A program made the position numbers and the translations under genes. From Eledone cirrhosa (taxonomy: Eukaryota): a stretch of 64,000 nucleotides of DNA. Positions 38,538 to 51,302 of the stretch are shown piece after piece. The notes below the pieces were generated by a model. That model saw only the letters and a list, made by a program, of their open reading frames with translations, had not been told where the DNA came from and did no database searches. Numbering within the stretch: position 1 is the stretch's first letter; each line of letters begins with the position of its first letter. The stretch spans positions 319,362,001 through 319,426,000 of the forward strand of contig OZ024742.1 of NCBI GenBank assembly GCA_964016885.1, given 5' to 3'.

Positions 38538-38626
38538 TGAAGAATTTCCTGAAGCTGCATTTGTAGGTAATTATTGTCGCTAAGTAAGGTTTTACCTTCT
38601 GGACATTCCGACAACAGAAGAAAGAT
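38538..38626 (-). CDS. ARMC1: ARMC1 coding exon 3: IFLLLSECPEGKTLLSDNNYLQMQLQEIL
   Basis: TTTCTAG acceptor, GTAAGT donor, 89 nt, phase 0 to 2. Compare human ALRYLAECRANREKM..SLQNVIQ. Confidence 0.85.
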
Positions 38627-38674
38627 CTAGAAATATAAGAGTAAATCAGTGTCATCATCATTATTATTAACATT

Positions 38675-39267
38675 TTACAGCTGCATAAAAAGGTGCAGAG
38701 CACTCAAAGTTGATGGAAACTACGGAGTGGGAAGACCTAGGAAGTCTTGGGATAAGGTGATAAAAGCTAACCTTGCTCAATTGCACCTATGAAAGGTGAT
38801 GACACAGGACTGAAATCTGGTGCTATGCAGTAATACAGAAGACACACCTTCCCATATGCAGAGACTGAGGCATACATCTAGTATGCACCACCTTCCTTCC
38901 CACGTTGTAATCACCTACCCAATATCCCCATGCATCTCCCTTATCAAAGTCCCCAATCCACACTGTAAAGTGGTCATGTTGGTAACACGACAAAAGGTGC
39001 CCAGCCCACACTGTAAAGCAGGCATGTAAGTGTCATGATAAACCGTACCCAGTCCACACTGTAAAGTGGTTGCGTAGGTATCATGACAAAAAGCACCCAG
39101 TACACACTATAAATGTGGTTGGCATTAGGCAAGGCATCCAGCCATAGAAACCAAGCCAAAATCAGTTCTGTGTGAGCAAAACATGGTTATCCAACCCGAC
39201 TTGTCTCACAATGGGACAGCTCATCTAACCCATGCTAGCATGGAAATGGACGTTTAATGATGATGAT
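38675..39267 (+). mobile_element. RTE 3' fragment with (GAT)n tail
   Basis: ACAGCTGCATAAAAAGGTGCAGAGCACT..GATGGAAAC matches 55813-55860 and ends CCATGCTAGCATGGAAATGGACGTTTAATGATGATGAT. Confidence 0.8.
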
Positions 39268-40908
39268 CTGCTTTTCGCACAGGCATGGGTTGGATGGGTT
39301 GGGATGAACTTATCTTGCTTATACAGTCCATATTTGGCATGGATTCTACAGCCATTCTTAATACCAACCACATTCCATGATGCATTTTTTTTATAGCACC
39401 ACCACTACCACTTTACAGAATGTACTGGGTAGATTTTTTTTATGGCACCAGAACTACCATTTTACAGAGTATACTGGGTACATTTTTTTGTAGCACTAGC
39501 ACTTTAAAGAGTGTACTGGATATATTTTATTGTGGTACCACTATCACTTTACAGAATGTACTGGGTATAATTTATTGTGGCACCACCACTACCACTTTAC
39601 AGAGTGTACTGGGTGTATATTTTATCATGGCACCAATATGGTGAAAACAAATTTAGACAATGATATCAGGCATAGCTATGTGGTTTACAACCACATGGTT
39701 CTGAATTCAACTCCATTGCATGACATCATGGCTAAGTGATAGCTTCTACTATAGATTCAAGCTGATCTATGTTTTGTGAGTGTATTTGAAAGATGGATAC
39801 TGAAGGCCCACCTGAAAGTCAGGGGCTCTGCTTGAGTACTGACTGGTCAATGACAACACGTTCAACCTTTGCTAGCAGGGAAAATGGATGTTAAGTGATG
39901 ATGATATAAACATGTATGTATGTGCAAATTGCTACATGCATACCAACATCATATAAAAGGAAAATCATGATTTTTAGTTATGTCCTTCATAAAGATATGT
40001 GCCACAGCTTAGAGGTTCAATGAATGTCAATAATAAATACAATATCATCATCATTATATCTGTTTTCTATTAAAAAAGAGAGTATGAGATGCCTTCAGCA
40101 AGGGCATCTGTCCAACAGCCCAGAAAAGAGGACATAAAAATGCTGCTGCTGTTGAAGCTGTTGGTAAGACTGTTTAGAGAAGGACTTTCAGACTTTAATA
40201 GAGACCCATACTCTGTAGCATAGTGAGAGCTGTTCAGCAAAAAAAAAAAAAGTTAGGTTTTGCAGCAAGTTCAGTGAAAAGTTTTGTGTTGCAGATATTC
40301 ACCAGGGGGCTCTATCGTCAACCCCTTGTTACTCATTATAGCTAGTGACAATAATGCAAGACCTGAAAACTACAAGTAACTGCAATTATATATACAAGGT
40401 TTCACATTCTGAGGCTAGACTGGTCAGGTGACCAAATCTTGCTAATATGTTTTGTTTTTGTTTTCGTCTTGGTTTCTATGGCTGAATGCCCTTCCTAACA
40501 CCAACAACATTACAGGGTGTACTGGGAGAATTTTATTGACTCCAGCACTACCAATGACAGGTTGTGGATGGGAGGGAAAACCTTTAACAATGTGAAAAGT
40601 ACTGGGGGAGGGGATCACTGGTGTGTCAGGGTTTAGTGGTGTGATCGAGGGGAGGATGGGTGGGCAGTGACTCTGGGTGGAGTGTACATTAACATTTATG
40701 AGTGGAAGTGATACTGAGAATAGCTACTAGAGGAGCAGGTTTGAGAAAGAAGGGTGGGAGTACAGTGATAGTGGGGAATGGCGGTGTGATATGTGGATGA
40801 GTCAGGCCAGGTCAAGTTTTAAGCTAGTAGCCGTGTCTTCACCAGCACAGTATAGTGTCAGCTCTCATGGTCCAGAGAGAGAGAGAGAGAGAGATGAAGT
40901 TAACTGAC

Positions 40909-40983
40909 CTCTAAAGTTGAGATTATCACAGTTTCTGATTCATTGCTAAGTAGAAGAACAAGTCCATCAATCAAAGTGTTGTC
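40909..40983 (-). CDS. ARMC1: ARMC1 coding exon 2: DNTLIDGLVLLLSNESETVIISTLE (ARM repeat)
   Basis: CAG acceptor, GTCAGT donor, 75 nt. Compare human [25 protein letters not shown]. Confidence 0.88.
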
Positions 40984-41032
40984 CTGTGTAGAAAAATACA
41001 AGGAAGAAAATGAAGTTTTGTAAACCTTTATA

Positions 41033-41710
41033 GACATGTAACAGAGATGTATGCACAGCCACCTCATGTAGCAGATATGTATGCACAATGCACAGTCATC
41101 TCATGTAGCAGAAATGTATGAACAGTCACCTCATGTAGCAGAAATGTATGAACAGTCACCTCATGTAGTAGAAACGTACACACAGTCATCTCATGTAGGA
41201 AAGACATACACACCCATCTCATGTAGCAGAAATATATGAATAGCCACCTCATGTAGTAGAGACGTACACACAGTCATCTCATGTAGCAGACATACCCAGC
41301 CACCTCATGCAGCAGAAACGTATGAATAGCCACCTCATGTAGCAGAGACATATGCACAGCCACTTCATGTAACAGGGACGTATGTACAGCCACTTCCTGT
41401 AACAGAGAAGTATGCACAGCCACCTCATGTAGCAGAGATGTATGTACAGTCACCTCATGCAGCAGTAATGTTTGCACAACCACCTTATGTAGCAGAGACA
41501 TATGCACAGCCACCTCATGTAGCAGACGTATGTACAGCCACCTCATGTAGCAGTGATGTTTCTATAGCCACCTCATGTAGCAGAGACGTATGACCAGCCA
41601 CATCATGTAGCAGAGACACACACAGTTACTTCAGCAGTGATGTTTGTACAACCACTTCATGTAGTAGTGATGTTTGCACAGTCATCTCATGTAGCAGAGA
41701 TGTATGCACA
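41033..41710. repeat. ~30-bp minisatellite (roughly 22 units)
   Basis: Consensus CACCTCATGTAGCAGAGA(C/T)GTATGCACAGC. Confidence 0.92.
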
Positions 41711-41874
41711 AATCCAGAAAAAGTAAATGAAACAAATTTGATTAAAATAACTGTTTTTATCTATTTTGAACAATTTGTTTTGAATAATGCAAAAACTAAT
41801 AAGTTACCCTAGCAAGGAACAGGGAAATTTTAGAAAAGATACAAACACTCAGAGTTGATGATGAACAGAGCAGA

Positions 41875-42372
41875 AGGTAGGTAGGCGTAAAAGCTAAACT
41901 CACTATCTTCTATTCAGTTTTCGTGCCAACCCTTACTTATGGTCACAAATCTTTGGAAATGACCAAAAGAATATGATTGCGAATACAAGTGGTCAAAATG
42001 GGATTCCTCCGAAGGGTTTTGGAGTAAGGTTACTTGATAAAGTGCGTAACTTGGAGATCAGACAGTCACTCAAGGTAGAGCCACTACTTCTCTGAATTGA
42101 GAGATCCCAGCTCCAATATGATGGGCATGTGGTTAGAATGTCTCAGGAAAGAATCGCTGGACAGATTTTAAAGGCAAAACCAACCGGCAAGAGACCCAGG
42201 GGTAGACCCCCGAGCAAGATGGTTGGATAACATTCATGAGCTCGGCTAGTCTTGCTTGGGGATCCAGCCGGATCAGTTGGAGATGGTTGCTTCTGTCAAG
42301 ACCCGCTGGAAGGAGTGTTTGAGGACTCTGCCGCCACGATCCTCTCAGGAATAAGTGGGTGAAGAAGAAGAC
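41875..42372 (+). mobile_element. Rex3/Expander-like RTE 3' fragment with (GAA)n tail
   Basis: KAKLTIFYSVFVPTLTYGH, GHVVRMSQE, GKRPRGRPR.RWLDNI; ends GTGAAGAAGAAGA. Confidence 0.75.
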
Positions 42373-42485
42373 ATTGAAGTTAAACAATAACAACAACAAC
42401 AACAAACATGGAACAATGTAAAAATCGAAGTGGGTGGAAGAGGAGATGAAAATATAATAACTAAAATGAGTGAATTAGACAGTAC

Positions 42486-42560
42486 CTGAAGAAGAATACT
42501 TCTCTGTTTAGGATCAACAGCAAATAACTTGAGTGAGTCGAGAGAATCAAGAGATATCAT
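42486..42560 (-). CDS. ARMC1: ARMC1 coding exon 1: MISLDSLDSLKLFAVDPKQRSILLQ
   Basis: AAAAATG start with an acceptor TTTCAG 13 nt upstream and a GT donor. Compare human LRDLAADPLNRRAIVQ. Confidence 0.88.
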
Positions 42561-42727
42561 TTTTGTAGATTTGCTGAAATGTACAGATTAAGAATAGAGT
42601 AGTTACTTTTAATGATAGAAACTATAAGAAAAACCATCAAGTGTGTAATAAAACATTCAACTAATGCCAGGATCGAAAAGTGGGCATAAAAACGATGATG
42701 ACTGATTATATAAATATATATATATAA

Positions 42728-44270
42728 CACTGGTCAACAGCCAAAATGGTTCTTACATGTGAATATGTGCATCTTACTAATTTCATAGCACTAAATTCAG
42801 TTTTGATATTCATTTTTTGCTATCGGACCAGAATGCCTTAATATGAGATCGAAAATATGTTCCTCGTATTGCATTATTTATCCATTGTGTATATGACTTA
42901 GATATAAACATATTTTTATTTATTTTTTTAACACTTAGTATATAGAACATAACAAAATATTTCAAAACATTTCTAAAAAAATTTCTGGATTTTGCTTTTA
43001 CGCGTTTTGCTGGCTCTCCTCACATTGCAGTGTCCAGCACCAGTCGCCCATCATGTTGGGATTGAACCGACCCTGATACCTACTCTCCATTATGGCAATG
43101 TCCTGGTGAAACCTCTCGCCATGTTCATCACTGATGTCTCCTAGATTACTTGGGAAGAAATCCAGATGAGAATGGAAGAAATGAAGCTTCAACGACATTC
43201 GTGAACCCAGAACGCGATAATTTTGTATCATGGTTTCAACAATTTCTTTATAGGTGTCTGCACGGTGGTTTCCAAGAAAGTTCTGTGTCACATCTACAAA
43301 TGATTTCCATGCATTAGTCTCCAAAGGGTTTAGTGTTTTCGTAAACTCACTATCATTAACCAGCATACGAATCTGAGGACCATTCAAAACCCCTGCTTTT
43401 AACTTTGCTTCAGATACCACTCTACCCAATTTCTTACACAAGTACTGAAACCCATTACCTGTATGATCCATGCTTTTAATGAAGTTTTTGGCCAAGCCTA
43501 ATTTGAGATGTAATGGAGGGAGGAATACTTTTTCTGGATCCACAAGAGGTTTGTACAGATAGTTGAATCTACCGGGTGCATCCTTTGGTCTTGTTGGCCA
43601 ATCCTTCTTCATGTAGTGCTCCGCATCTGCTCTACTATTCCACAAACATAGAAAACATATATGCTTTGTGTAACCAGTCTGAAGACCTAGAAGTAGACTA
43701 ATTAAGTTGTTTATGACGATGACGAACGGTTGTAATACGGACGCCAGGTTCCAGCAGGTTTCGTTGCTTCAGTCTTGATCCCAGGAGCTCTGCCTTTTCT
43801 TTAGACAAATGTAGGTCTCTAATGAGATCGTGAAGAGCTTCCTGGTTAAATGGTATGGGTTCACTTGTCTCATGTTTGTCTTGATAGTCATCATCAATAG
43901 GGGTGCTACTGGAATCAGAATCAGAGATTAGCTCGTGTTCAGCAGGTGGAACTGGAACAGGTAATTCGTCACTGTGAGGTGCTGGTCGGATTGCTGACGA
44001 GATATCGGGGTATTGAAGTGTAGTTCGTGTCTTCACAGTTATTCCTTGGCTGTTTATATGGCAGAAGTAGCAATCGTTATTGTGGTCTTTTGGTTCTCGC
44101 CACACCATTGGTACGGCAAATGGTAAACCAGAGCTTCGTTTCCCATTCTTCCATTCACTTAAGTGATTAACACATGACCTACACGCTATATGAGGCGCCC
44201 ATTTCTTGTCCTGGTCTCCTAACGGAGATTTGAAGTAGCATTTGTAGTTTACTCGAACTGATGCCTTTAA
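42728..44270 (-). mobile_element. Chapaev3 (CMC superfamily) DNA transposon, internally deleted and lacking its 5' end
   Basis: Transposase motifs LGDQDKKWAPHIAC, FAVPMVWREPKDH.NDCYFC, LGLQTGYTKH.CFLCLW, LPPLHLKLGL.KNF, GPQIR, MSLKLHF.HSHLDFF, SDEHGERFHQDI. The terminus CACTGGTCAACA is preceded by TAA. Confidence 0.8.
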
Positions 44271-44274
44271 CAAA

Positions 44275-44935
44275 GTACATCATCTTCTATAGGGTGTCAC
44301 AGTTATATCCTTGAAACGAAAGTTGAAGTTTATCCTGCAGTGGTACTGACAATACTTTTATATGGCTCAGAGTCATGAACACTTTATTGCACCCACATTT
44401 ATAAGCTTGGTGTCTTCCACAAACACTGTCTTCACTCTATCTGTGGTTATGCACTTTCTGACTGAATCTTCAATGCTGATATCTTCACAAGGTACAACAT
44501 CAGTGGGATCGAGTAATATCTGATGCAATACCAACTCAGATGGGCTGGTTATGTCCTATGGATGACTGAGGACCACACACTGTTATACAGTCAACTTCAA
44601 AATGGTGCAAGTCATGTAATCAGTCCATTACTCAGATATAAAGATAAACTGAAGTACAATCTTAATTCTGTGAGCATACCTCTTACTTCTTTTGAAGCCC
44701 TACCTGTTTGTCATGAAGGTATAAATAACTTTGAAAAATCTCATCTGGTCCATCTTTGTTATTTAAGATCTAACATCTAATCAAACATTTCATTCTGCTC
44801 TGCTCAAAATTCTGTCATCTGCATTAAATGCAGCCCGATGTGTAAATCCGCAGCTGGACTGAAGTGCCATTTAAGGCATAACCCTAAAAAATTGAACTGA
44901 GAAGACTGTTGAAACCTTCATATATGATGGGAGAG
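44275..44935 (+). mobile_element. Degenerate RTE/BovB-like LINE 3' fragment with terminal C2H2 finger
   Basis: LLYGSES.TLY, QLRWAGYVLWM, LLYSQL, LRYKDKLK, CIKCSPMCKSAAGLKCHLRH. Confidence 0.7.
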
Positions 44936-45064
44936 TCCATCATATCATCATCATCATCATTTTACGTCCGCTTTTCCCTGCTTGCAAGGGTGGGACTAAA
45001 AAAATTTGTTGCTGTGCTGATAAGCGTTTTGGCATTGATACACTGGTTGGATGCCCTTCCTAAC

Positions 45065-45096
<32 letters not shown>

Positions 45097-45100
<4 letters not shown>

Positions 45101-45363
45101 GCCAGATTTAGACCGGGGGGGGGGGGTACTTCAGGTTTGGGCGGGCGGGGGCTTCATACATAAAAAAAATTAGCATACACTGCAAACCCCCAATTTTACA
45201 TATCAAAGTCAGCTTGGCACAAGTAATTGGAATTGAAAAGTTATGCATACAGGTATTAAGTTAAAAAAATCTAACCATACTAAAACTAAAAAGCCCAGCA
45301 GAGGGCACAAATAAATTGCTACAGCCAACACTTTATTGCAGGGGCCCAGGAAATTCGGCACTG
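45097..45363. mobile_element. hAT-like MITE
   Basis: Imperfect TIRs CAGAGCCAGATTT / AAATTCGGCACTG. The 8-bp flanks are TATATATA and TAGATATA. Confidence 0.65.
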
Positions 45364-46129
45364 TAGATATATCATAATCCTTTTACACCCTTTTGCAAGG
45401 GTTGGATGGATCCTTTCCTGCACACCCTCCCTTCCACTCATTGCATTCCTTTGTTAACTCCCCAGTGAAGTTTTTTTCAATCTTCTTCTACTGCAGCTTC
45501 CTTCCACTGGCATATCCTGGCACTTCTTCATCCAGTGTTCATTCTTTATACACATCACAGAGCCATACCAATGCAGTTTTCTCTTTTGCACCCTACATCC
45601 GATTCCTTATACACATAGTGTTTCTCTCAGTTCCTCCACACCATGTTGTTCATGTAATGCTTGCTTCAGTTTTCATTAACCTCTACATACCCAAGTCCCG
45701 ACACGACAAAAAGCGCCCAGCCCACACTGTAAAGTGGTCGTGTAGGTTTCATGACAAAAAGCGCCCAGCCCACACTGTAAGTGTGGTTGGTGTTAGGAAG
45801 GTCATCCAGCAGTAGAAACCAAGTCAAAAACCAGTCCTGAATGAGCAAGACATTGTCATCGGACCTGGCTTGTCTCACAACGGAGCAACTCATCTAACCC
45901 ATGCTAACGTGGAAAAATGGACGTTAAACGACGATGATATCCTCTGCATTTACAACCCATGTCTTACTGCCATGCAACATCACACTTTTCATGTAGGCAT
46001 CATGCAATTATTAAGTACAATACTATAAAATAGCAGTTATTTGTGGGTAAATAATTCGCGGCTATCCAAAAATTTCAAGACCGGGGGTAAAGAAAACATG
46101 TCCACCTTTTATCTAAGAATGGCGATTAC

Positions 46130-46983
46130 CTACACAATTTAAAACGAACCATTATATTTTATTTGATAGATTTATCAGTAGCAATAAGAGCATATAAGTA
46201 TATATTTACAACAGTAGAAAGAACTTGAAAACAAAACCCTGAATACAGCAGCACACTTTCAAACGAACTGTATCTAGATAAATGTGTATGTTATGTAAGA
46301 AAACGAGGACGATCCACTTTACAAAAGTATACAACAGGTTAAATCTATTGCATAATCAAACTGAAATTATTTAAGAGAAGCAGGAGTTACAAATATACCA
46401 ACGCACTAGCCTTTCTATTCGAAACTTTACAAAAGACATGAATAATTAAATCATTTCTCCCAGTTATTGTTTTGAGACGAATATAGCATACATACCACGT
46501 TGAAAAATATTTAGAAATTTGTTGACGAAAATCAACTTTCTTCTTTCACTTTGCTTCGATTAGAATTTGATTACTTGGACAATATATTAATGGCAAAAAA
46601 ATACAGGAAACAGAGATAAATAAACAACAATTATATTAATTAAAACTTCTTAATATAATTACTTAATAGAAAAGCAAGGATAACATGAAATTGTATGTAT
46701 TCTTGTTTGGGTGTAAATAATTTTGCGTATTTTGATTGGCTAATTTCATCAACGGTCACAATTTCTGCTAATTTAATTGGTCAATTTCTTTACTTGTCAT
46801 TAGCGCTAAATTCAACAGTACTCCCAATTCAATTGCATTTCACTTTCTATTTTTATTTATTTATAAATACTCGATCAAAATGGCTTTTAATCGATAATAT
46901 TATATTATAATTGTCTCAGCATTGTGTTTTTCTGATGTTAAACACATAACGAAACATCAACAACATATATAGTTATATAATAG
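46130..46983. promoter_or_regulatory. Putative bidirectional promoter and first non-coding exons of ARMC1 (-) and MTFR1-like (+)
   Basis: Repeat-free island between the divergent genes. CCAAT boxes: ATTGG at 46735 and 46776, CCAAT at 46824. TATAAAT at 46862. Outward-facing donors: AG|GTGAGT at 46983/4 (+) and AG|GTAATC at 46130/29 (-). Confidence 0.6.
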
Positions 46984-48299
46984 GTGAGTAACTAAATATT
47001 TATAAGTAATTGCACGTGTTTAAAAACTCTTCCTTATTCTTTAATAATATGTGACAATTATTTAAGGCCGATATATGTAATAATAACAGTTATATATGTG
47101 TGTATTTTAAATAGGTATGACTCTTCTACGATGCAGTTATTTTAGTTTCAACACACGATCTTACTCATTAATGTTTTTGCTTAGGCAGACTAAGTAACTT
47201 TCTTTACATTTTTGTTTTAAGTAAAATTCAGAATCCTAGGAAAGTGATAATGGTCTGCACAGGCAACAATTAATCCAATGTAAAGTTTTCGAAGTTCAAT
47301 AGCTATGATGAAGTAAAGAATCAAATATATTTAGTTTGGGTCGACCTGCTTAGTCCCTCGCCTGTTTCTTCTGAAAATACACCCACATCTCTTAAAATAT
47401 TATTTTTAAATAACACACGACAGGAAAGATAAGATGACACATGCCTAAAGATATAACGAAATGTTCATGTTTTGGAAAGTCTTTGATCATAGTTCCGCCT
47501 GATCAGCAATGGTCGATTTACGTTTGAAGTGTGTACGAAAATGGCATTGATATTAGAAGAAGCATTTTAGAAGAGGCTATGACGCCGGTAAGAGTGTCAG
47601 ACACTATGAGTTGCGGCCCAAGTTAAGACAATTTGAAATCTTTTCCCCCATCAATTGTTAAAAAACAAGTTGAAATCATTAAGTCGTCCATTCGTAACGT
47701 ACGTTACGCTTTAGTTACATACACATACATCTACACGTAAATACAGATACAGACAACAGAAGGAAGGGCCTGGTGAAACGCTATAGCGATGTGTGTTGTG
47801 TCCCTTTAGGGTTTACCGGCTACATAGCCTATTCGTTTAATTTTCTTTTTCTTTAAGCGTCGCAGTAAAGAAGCATTTCTCCTCATAAAACAATGAATTA
47901 GAAGAAATTTAAAATACATTTCCTTACTTTAAGGATAGTAAAATATTCTTTCAGTTTTGTCACATTGTTACTAAATCTGCTTGTAATTAAGCCAGTTATT
48001 AATTTAACTAGCCTGACGTTCAGTTGATCAAACAACTGAATGCTTTTATTTATTCGACAAATTTCAATTCGGTTATATAATGTTTGCAATAACAACAAGA
48101 AAAAGAAAGAGGGAAAAAATTAAATAACGAAAGTAAGGAAAAGGTTTAGGGGACGGGAGAAAGGCAATGTTTAAATAAAAGAAGAGAGGGAAAAAACTGG
48201 AAACTTAAGAAGGAATACCAAACAGTACTAAAAAAAAAAACAAACAAATCCTCGTTTAAAACAGTAAAGAAAATGTAAAGGAAGAGGTGAACAACCGAG

Positions 48300-49200
48300 C
48301 CAACACCAGAGCAAAAGACAGCAGCGAGGGGTACTGGGCGACCTCTCTAATGACTTTTGAGGCAAGCCAGCACGCTCGCAGCGTTGATTCGAATGATGGC
48401 GAGGCTAATGCGCTGGAACAGCCAAGCGCCCTTGCGAGATTCGCCAGTTACCTCTATTAGGCGAGCCGCCAGTGAAGAGATGAACCTCGCAGTCAGCGGC
48501 CAAACGTTTCGAAAGCCACAGGCTGAAAAAGGTAGCTGGCCGACAGATCAGAGTATTTGAGGGTCTTACTCCACTCGGCTGCAGAAGCTGTGGCCGCAGC
48601 ATCTAGGATGTGGGAGAGAGAGCAAAAGAGTCACTAACAGTGACGTCCCAGACAAGGCACCTGCCTCTCGATCAGGGGCACAGGGTAAGGCCGTCAAGTC
48701 TTTTGCCGTCACTTCTGGACAACCCAGATGGTTCCAAGACTGAGGGGGTGTTCGCCCGGGCTAAAGCTCTCTTGAAGATGAGGTTTAGCTCTGTGTGACG
48801 TGCGAAGTGGCCGGCATTCAGGCGGCAAGAAAGACTGTGGAGTCGAGGAGTTTACCGCATCGGCACCTTAAACCGAGTAGGCCACCGACGTTGGCCACGG
48901 GCAGGGCATCAACCCAGTCACCTGAGTATTTGGCGCTGGCAGATAGTAAGCGGCATCTTGCAAACTGATCTGACTGGACGAAGAAGGAGTCGAAGGGGGC
49001 CTTCGAACTTATGCTGTCCCAAGTTCTCTGACTTCAACTGTCCTCCATCTTCTCAGGAAGAGACAAGCCCAACTCACTCCATTGCTGGAGAGCTTCACCC
49101 AACTCCCTGTTGGAATGCTTATCGTCGAATCCGACGGATAATACAGCTGTTGTAGTATGGACTTTGTCAACCATCCGATTTAACTGCTGCCTACGATGTT
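48300..49200 (-). mobile_element. Degenerate CRE-like non-LTR retrotransposon 3' part (second, diverged copy)
   Basis: [61 protein letters not shown] further fragment lies at about 49366-49800. Confidence 0.65.
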
Positions 49201-50139
49201 TATATTGTTCGACACTGATAATTTAGTGGGAAACTTACAGCATCGCCGCGAATGATAGCGGGGCTAAGATGGTGCAATAACCACCACCCTTGCTGATATA
49301 ACCTGATACGTAGGTAAGGCAACCGTCAACAATGACAAAAAATAATAATAATAATAATAATGCCCTGATAATTCCTGGTATTTTAGAATTTTATTCCTTT
49401 CGGTTACAGGTCTAGTGACACTCCACTTCGCCGCAGCATCCATGGTGTGGGATGAAGCAAAATAGTCACTAACTGTGGCGTCCCAAATGAGACATCGGCA
49501 TTATTATAGAAAAATGGCCGTTTCATCCTTCTCCAAGGGTTAAAAATAACTCAGGAAGGGGGTACAGGTCCAAGAGTTTTCTCCCTTCCCCCTCACTTTT
49601 CCGAAAAAAAAAGTATTTTGCTGAGGTAGGTTTAATTGATAACACACGACAAAACCGAAGAAAAAAATTATTTCCTTCTGAAATAGGTGGGAGTGTCTTT
49701 CTATAAATTTATCGAGACATCTACCTCTTGCCCAGGCGCAAAGAGTAAGACTATTTGGACTCTTCCCAGCTAATTCAAACCAGAGCCTCCTTGATAATTA
49801 GGTTGTTGTTCAGATCCGGGTCGGCTGGAATTCACTATGGTTTCGATGCATCACCGACCTGTTTTCCTCTATTCTTCCTTCTTACCTTTTCTACACATCA
49901 GTGACTTCCTTTGTTTGCCCGTTGGACTGCAGTCTTTATTATTCTCTTCTGTTTTACTATTTCTCTCCTTTCTATATATTTTTCCTTTGGCTAAGCCCTT
50001 GCACACTCTATATTTGTGTAATTTGCCTCAAGGCATAGCTTGTCTCTATATGTTTTATGTCCCAATATGCAAAAGAATGAATGGTATCAACCTTAATATA
50101 CTGAAACTGTAGTGATTTTCAGAGGTTGTCCGAGGAGAT

Positions 50140-50968
50140 AGGACTGGATGTCCTTCCTAACGCCAGCCACATTTACAGTGTGTACTGGGTGCTTCTTATT
50201 GTGGTACCAAAACGAACACTTTACAGTGTTGACTGGGTGTTTTTTGTTGTGATACCTACATGACCATTTTATAGTGTAGACGGGCGTGTTTTGTCATGGC
50301 ACCAGAAACGACCGAGTAACAGAGTAGACTGGAGTGGGGGAGGTGTATGGGGATTGGAGAGGTAGATCTAGAGTAGGGTACATATCAGGTGAGGGGTGGA
50401 TAAGGAAGGGGTGTTAGGACGTTGGAGGTGTATGGAAAGAGGTAGGTGAGAGTAATATATACTAGATGTATGCTTCAACCTGTGCACATGGCAAGGCGGG
50501 TCTTCTGTATTACTGCATAACACTAGAGATCTCGATCCTGTGTCATCGCCTTTGAGAGGTGTAATTGTGCAAGGTCAGCTTTTATCACCTCATCCAAAGT
50601 TTTCCTAGGTCTTCTTACTTCATAGCTTCCATCAACTTTGAGCACTTGCATATTTTTATACTGTTGTCATCTGGCATATACAACACATGTCCATATCAAC
50701 ACAATCTCCTCTCCTACCCAGTTTCTCTTTCAATTCAATTAAACTTTGCTGTTCATGTAAATTCCTATTACACATCCATCAAAGCATGGAAGCTTCATTT
50801 ATTTCCAATGTTCACAGGTCCTCTGCACACATCACCTAGGTATCACTACCATGTAACATTGCTGTTCATATACACGCATCATACAATCTACCCTACATTT
50901 TAAGGAGAAAATCTTTCGTAGCTAGCAGCGGTAGTAGCTCGCTGGACCTTTTCCATCTCGTTCTCATT
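50140..50968 (-). mobile_element. Old RTE 3' remnant, antisense to MTFR1-like transcription
   Basis: MRTRWKRSSELLPLLATKDFLLKM corresponds to VRTGWKKFRELLPLLAAKGFSLRM, and the 3' UTR repeats are inverted. Confidence 0.75.
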
Positions 50969-51016
50969 GTTTTATGGATCGAATCTGATTTTAATCGTTT
51001 TTTTTTTCCAGCAACA

Positions 51017-51082
51017 ATGTTCCTCGCATTTGGCAGTTTTGTATTCAGCTGGCTTTTCGAAGTCGCAAACCAACAGAACACT
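51017..51082 (+). CDS. MTFR1: MTFR1-like coding exon 1: MFLAFGSFVFSWLFEVANQQNT
   Basis: Strong acceptor (T)nCCAG at 51011, ACAATG start, GTGAGT donor, phase 0. Confidence 0.65.
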
Positions 51083-51302
51083 GTGAGTTTTGTTTTTAAT
51101 CTTTATTCATTTATTTATTTTAAGGAGATTTGTGGTGTATGTGTTAACCTAAGAACGGTTAAGAACTTAAAAGTAGAAATAATTATTTTAATGTCTCCTA
51201 ACAAACCATGTAGAATTATCTCCCTTGCAGTTGTATTGTTATTACGCTTAAAATGTTGTAAGCTTAATTAAGTGTTCTCCAATTTCCAAATCCACCATTC
51301 CA

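Noticed and set aside
38596-38626. 31-nt ARMC1 microexon using an internal GTAAAA donor
   Set aside because: The 89-nt exon ending at GTAAGT keeps frame and matches ARMC1.
40090-40365. Exon-like minus-strand segment in an ARMC1 intron
   Set aside because: Stops occur in the required phase, there is no ARMC1 similarity, and the gene model is complete without it.
41033-41710. Regular 30-bp repeats as a CRISPR-like array or a coding repeat (LLHEVAVHTS)
   Set aside because: Contiguous tandem units with no unique spacers, in a eukaryotic intron. The ORFs are by-products of the 30-bp period.
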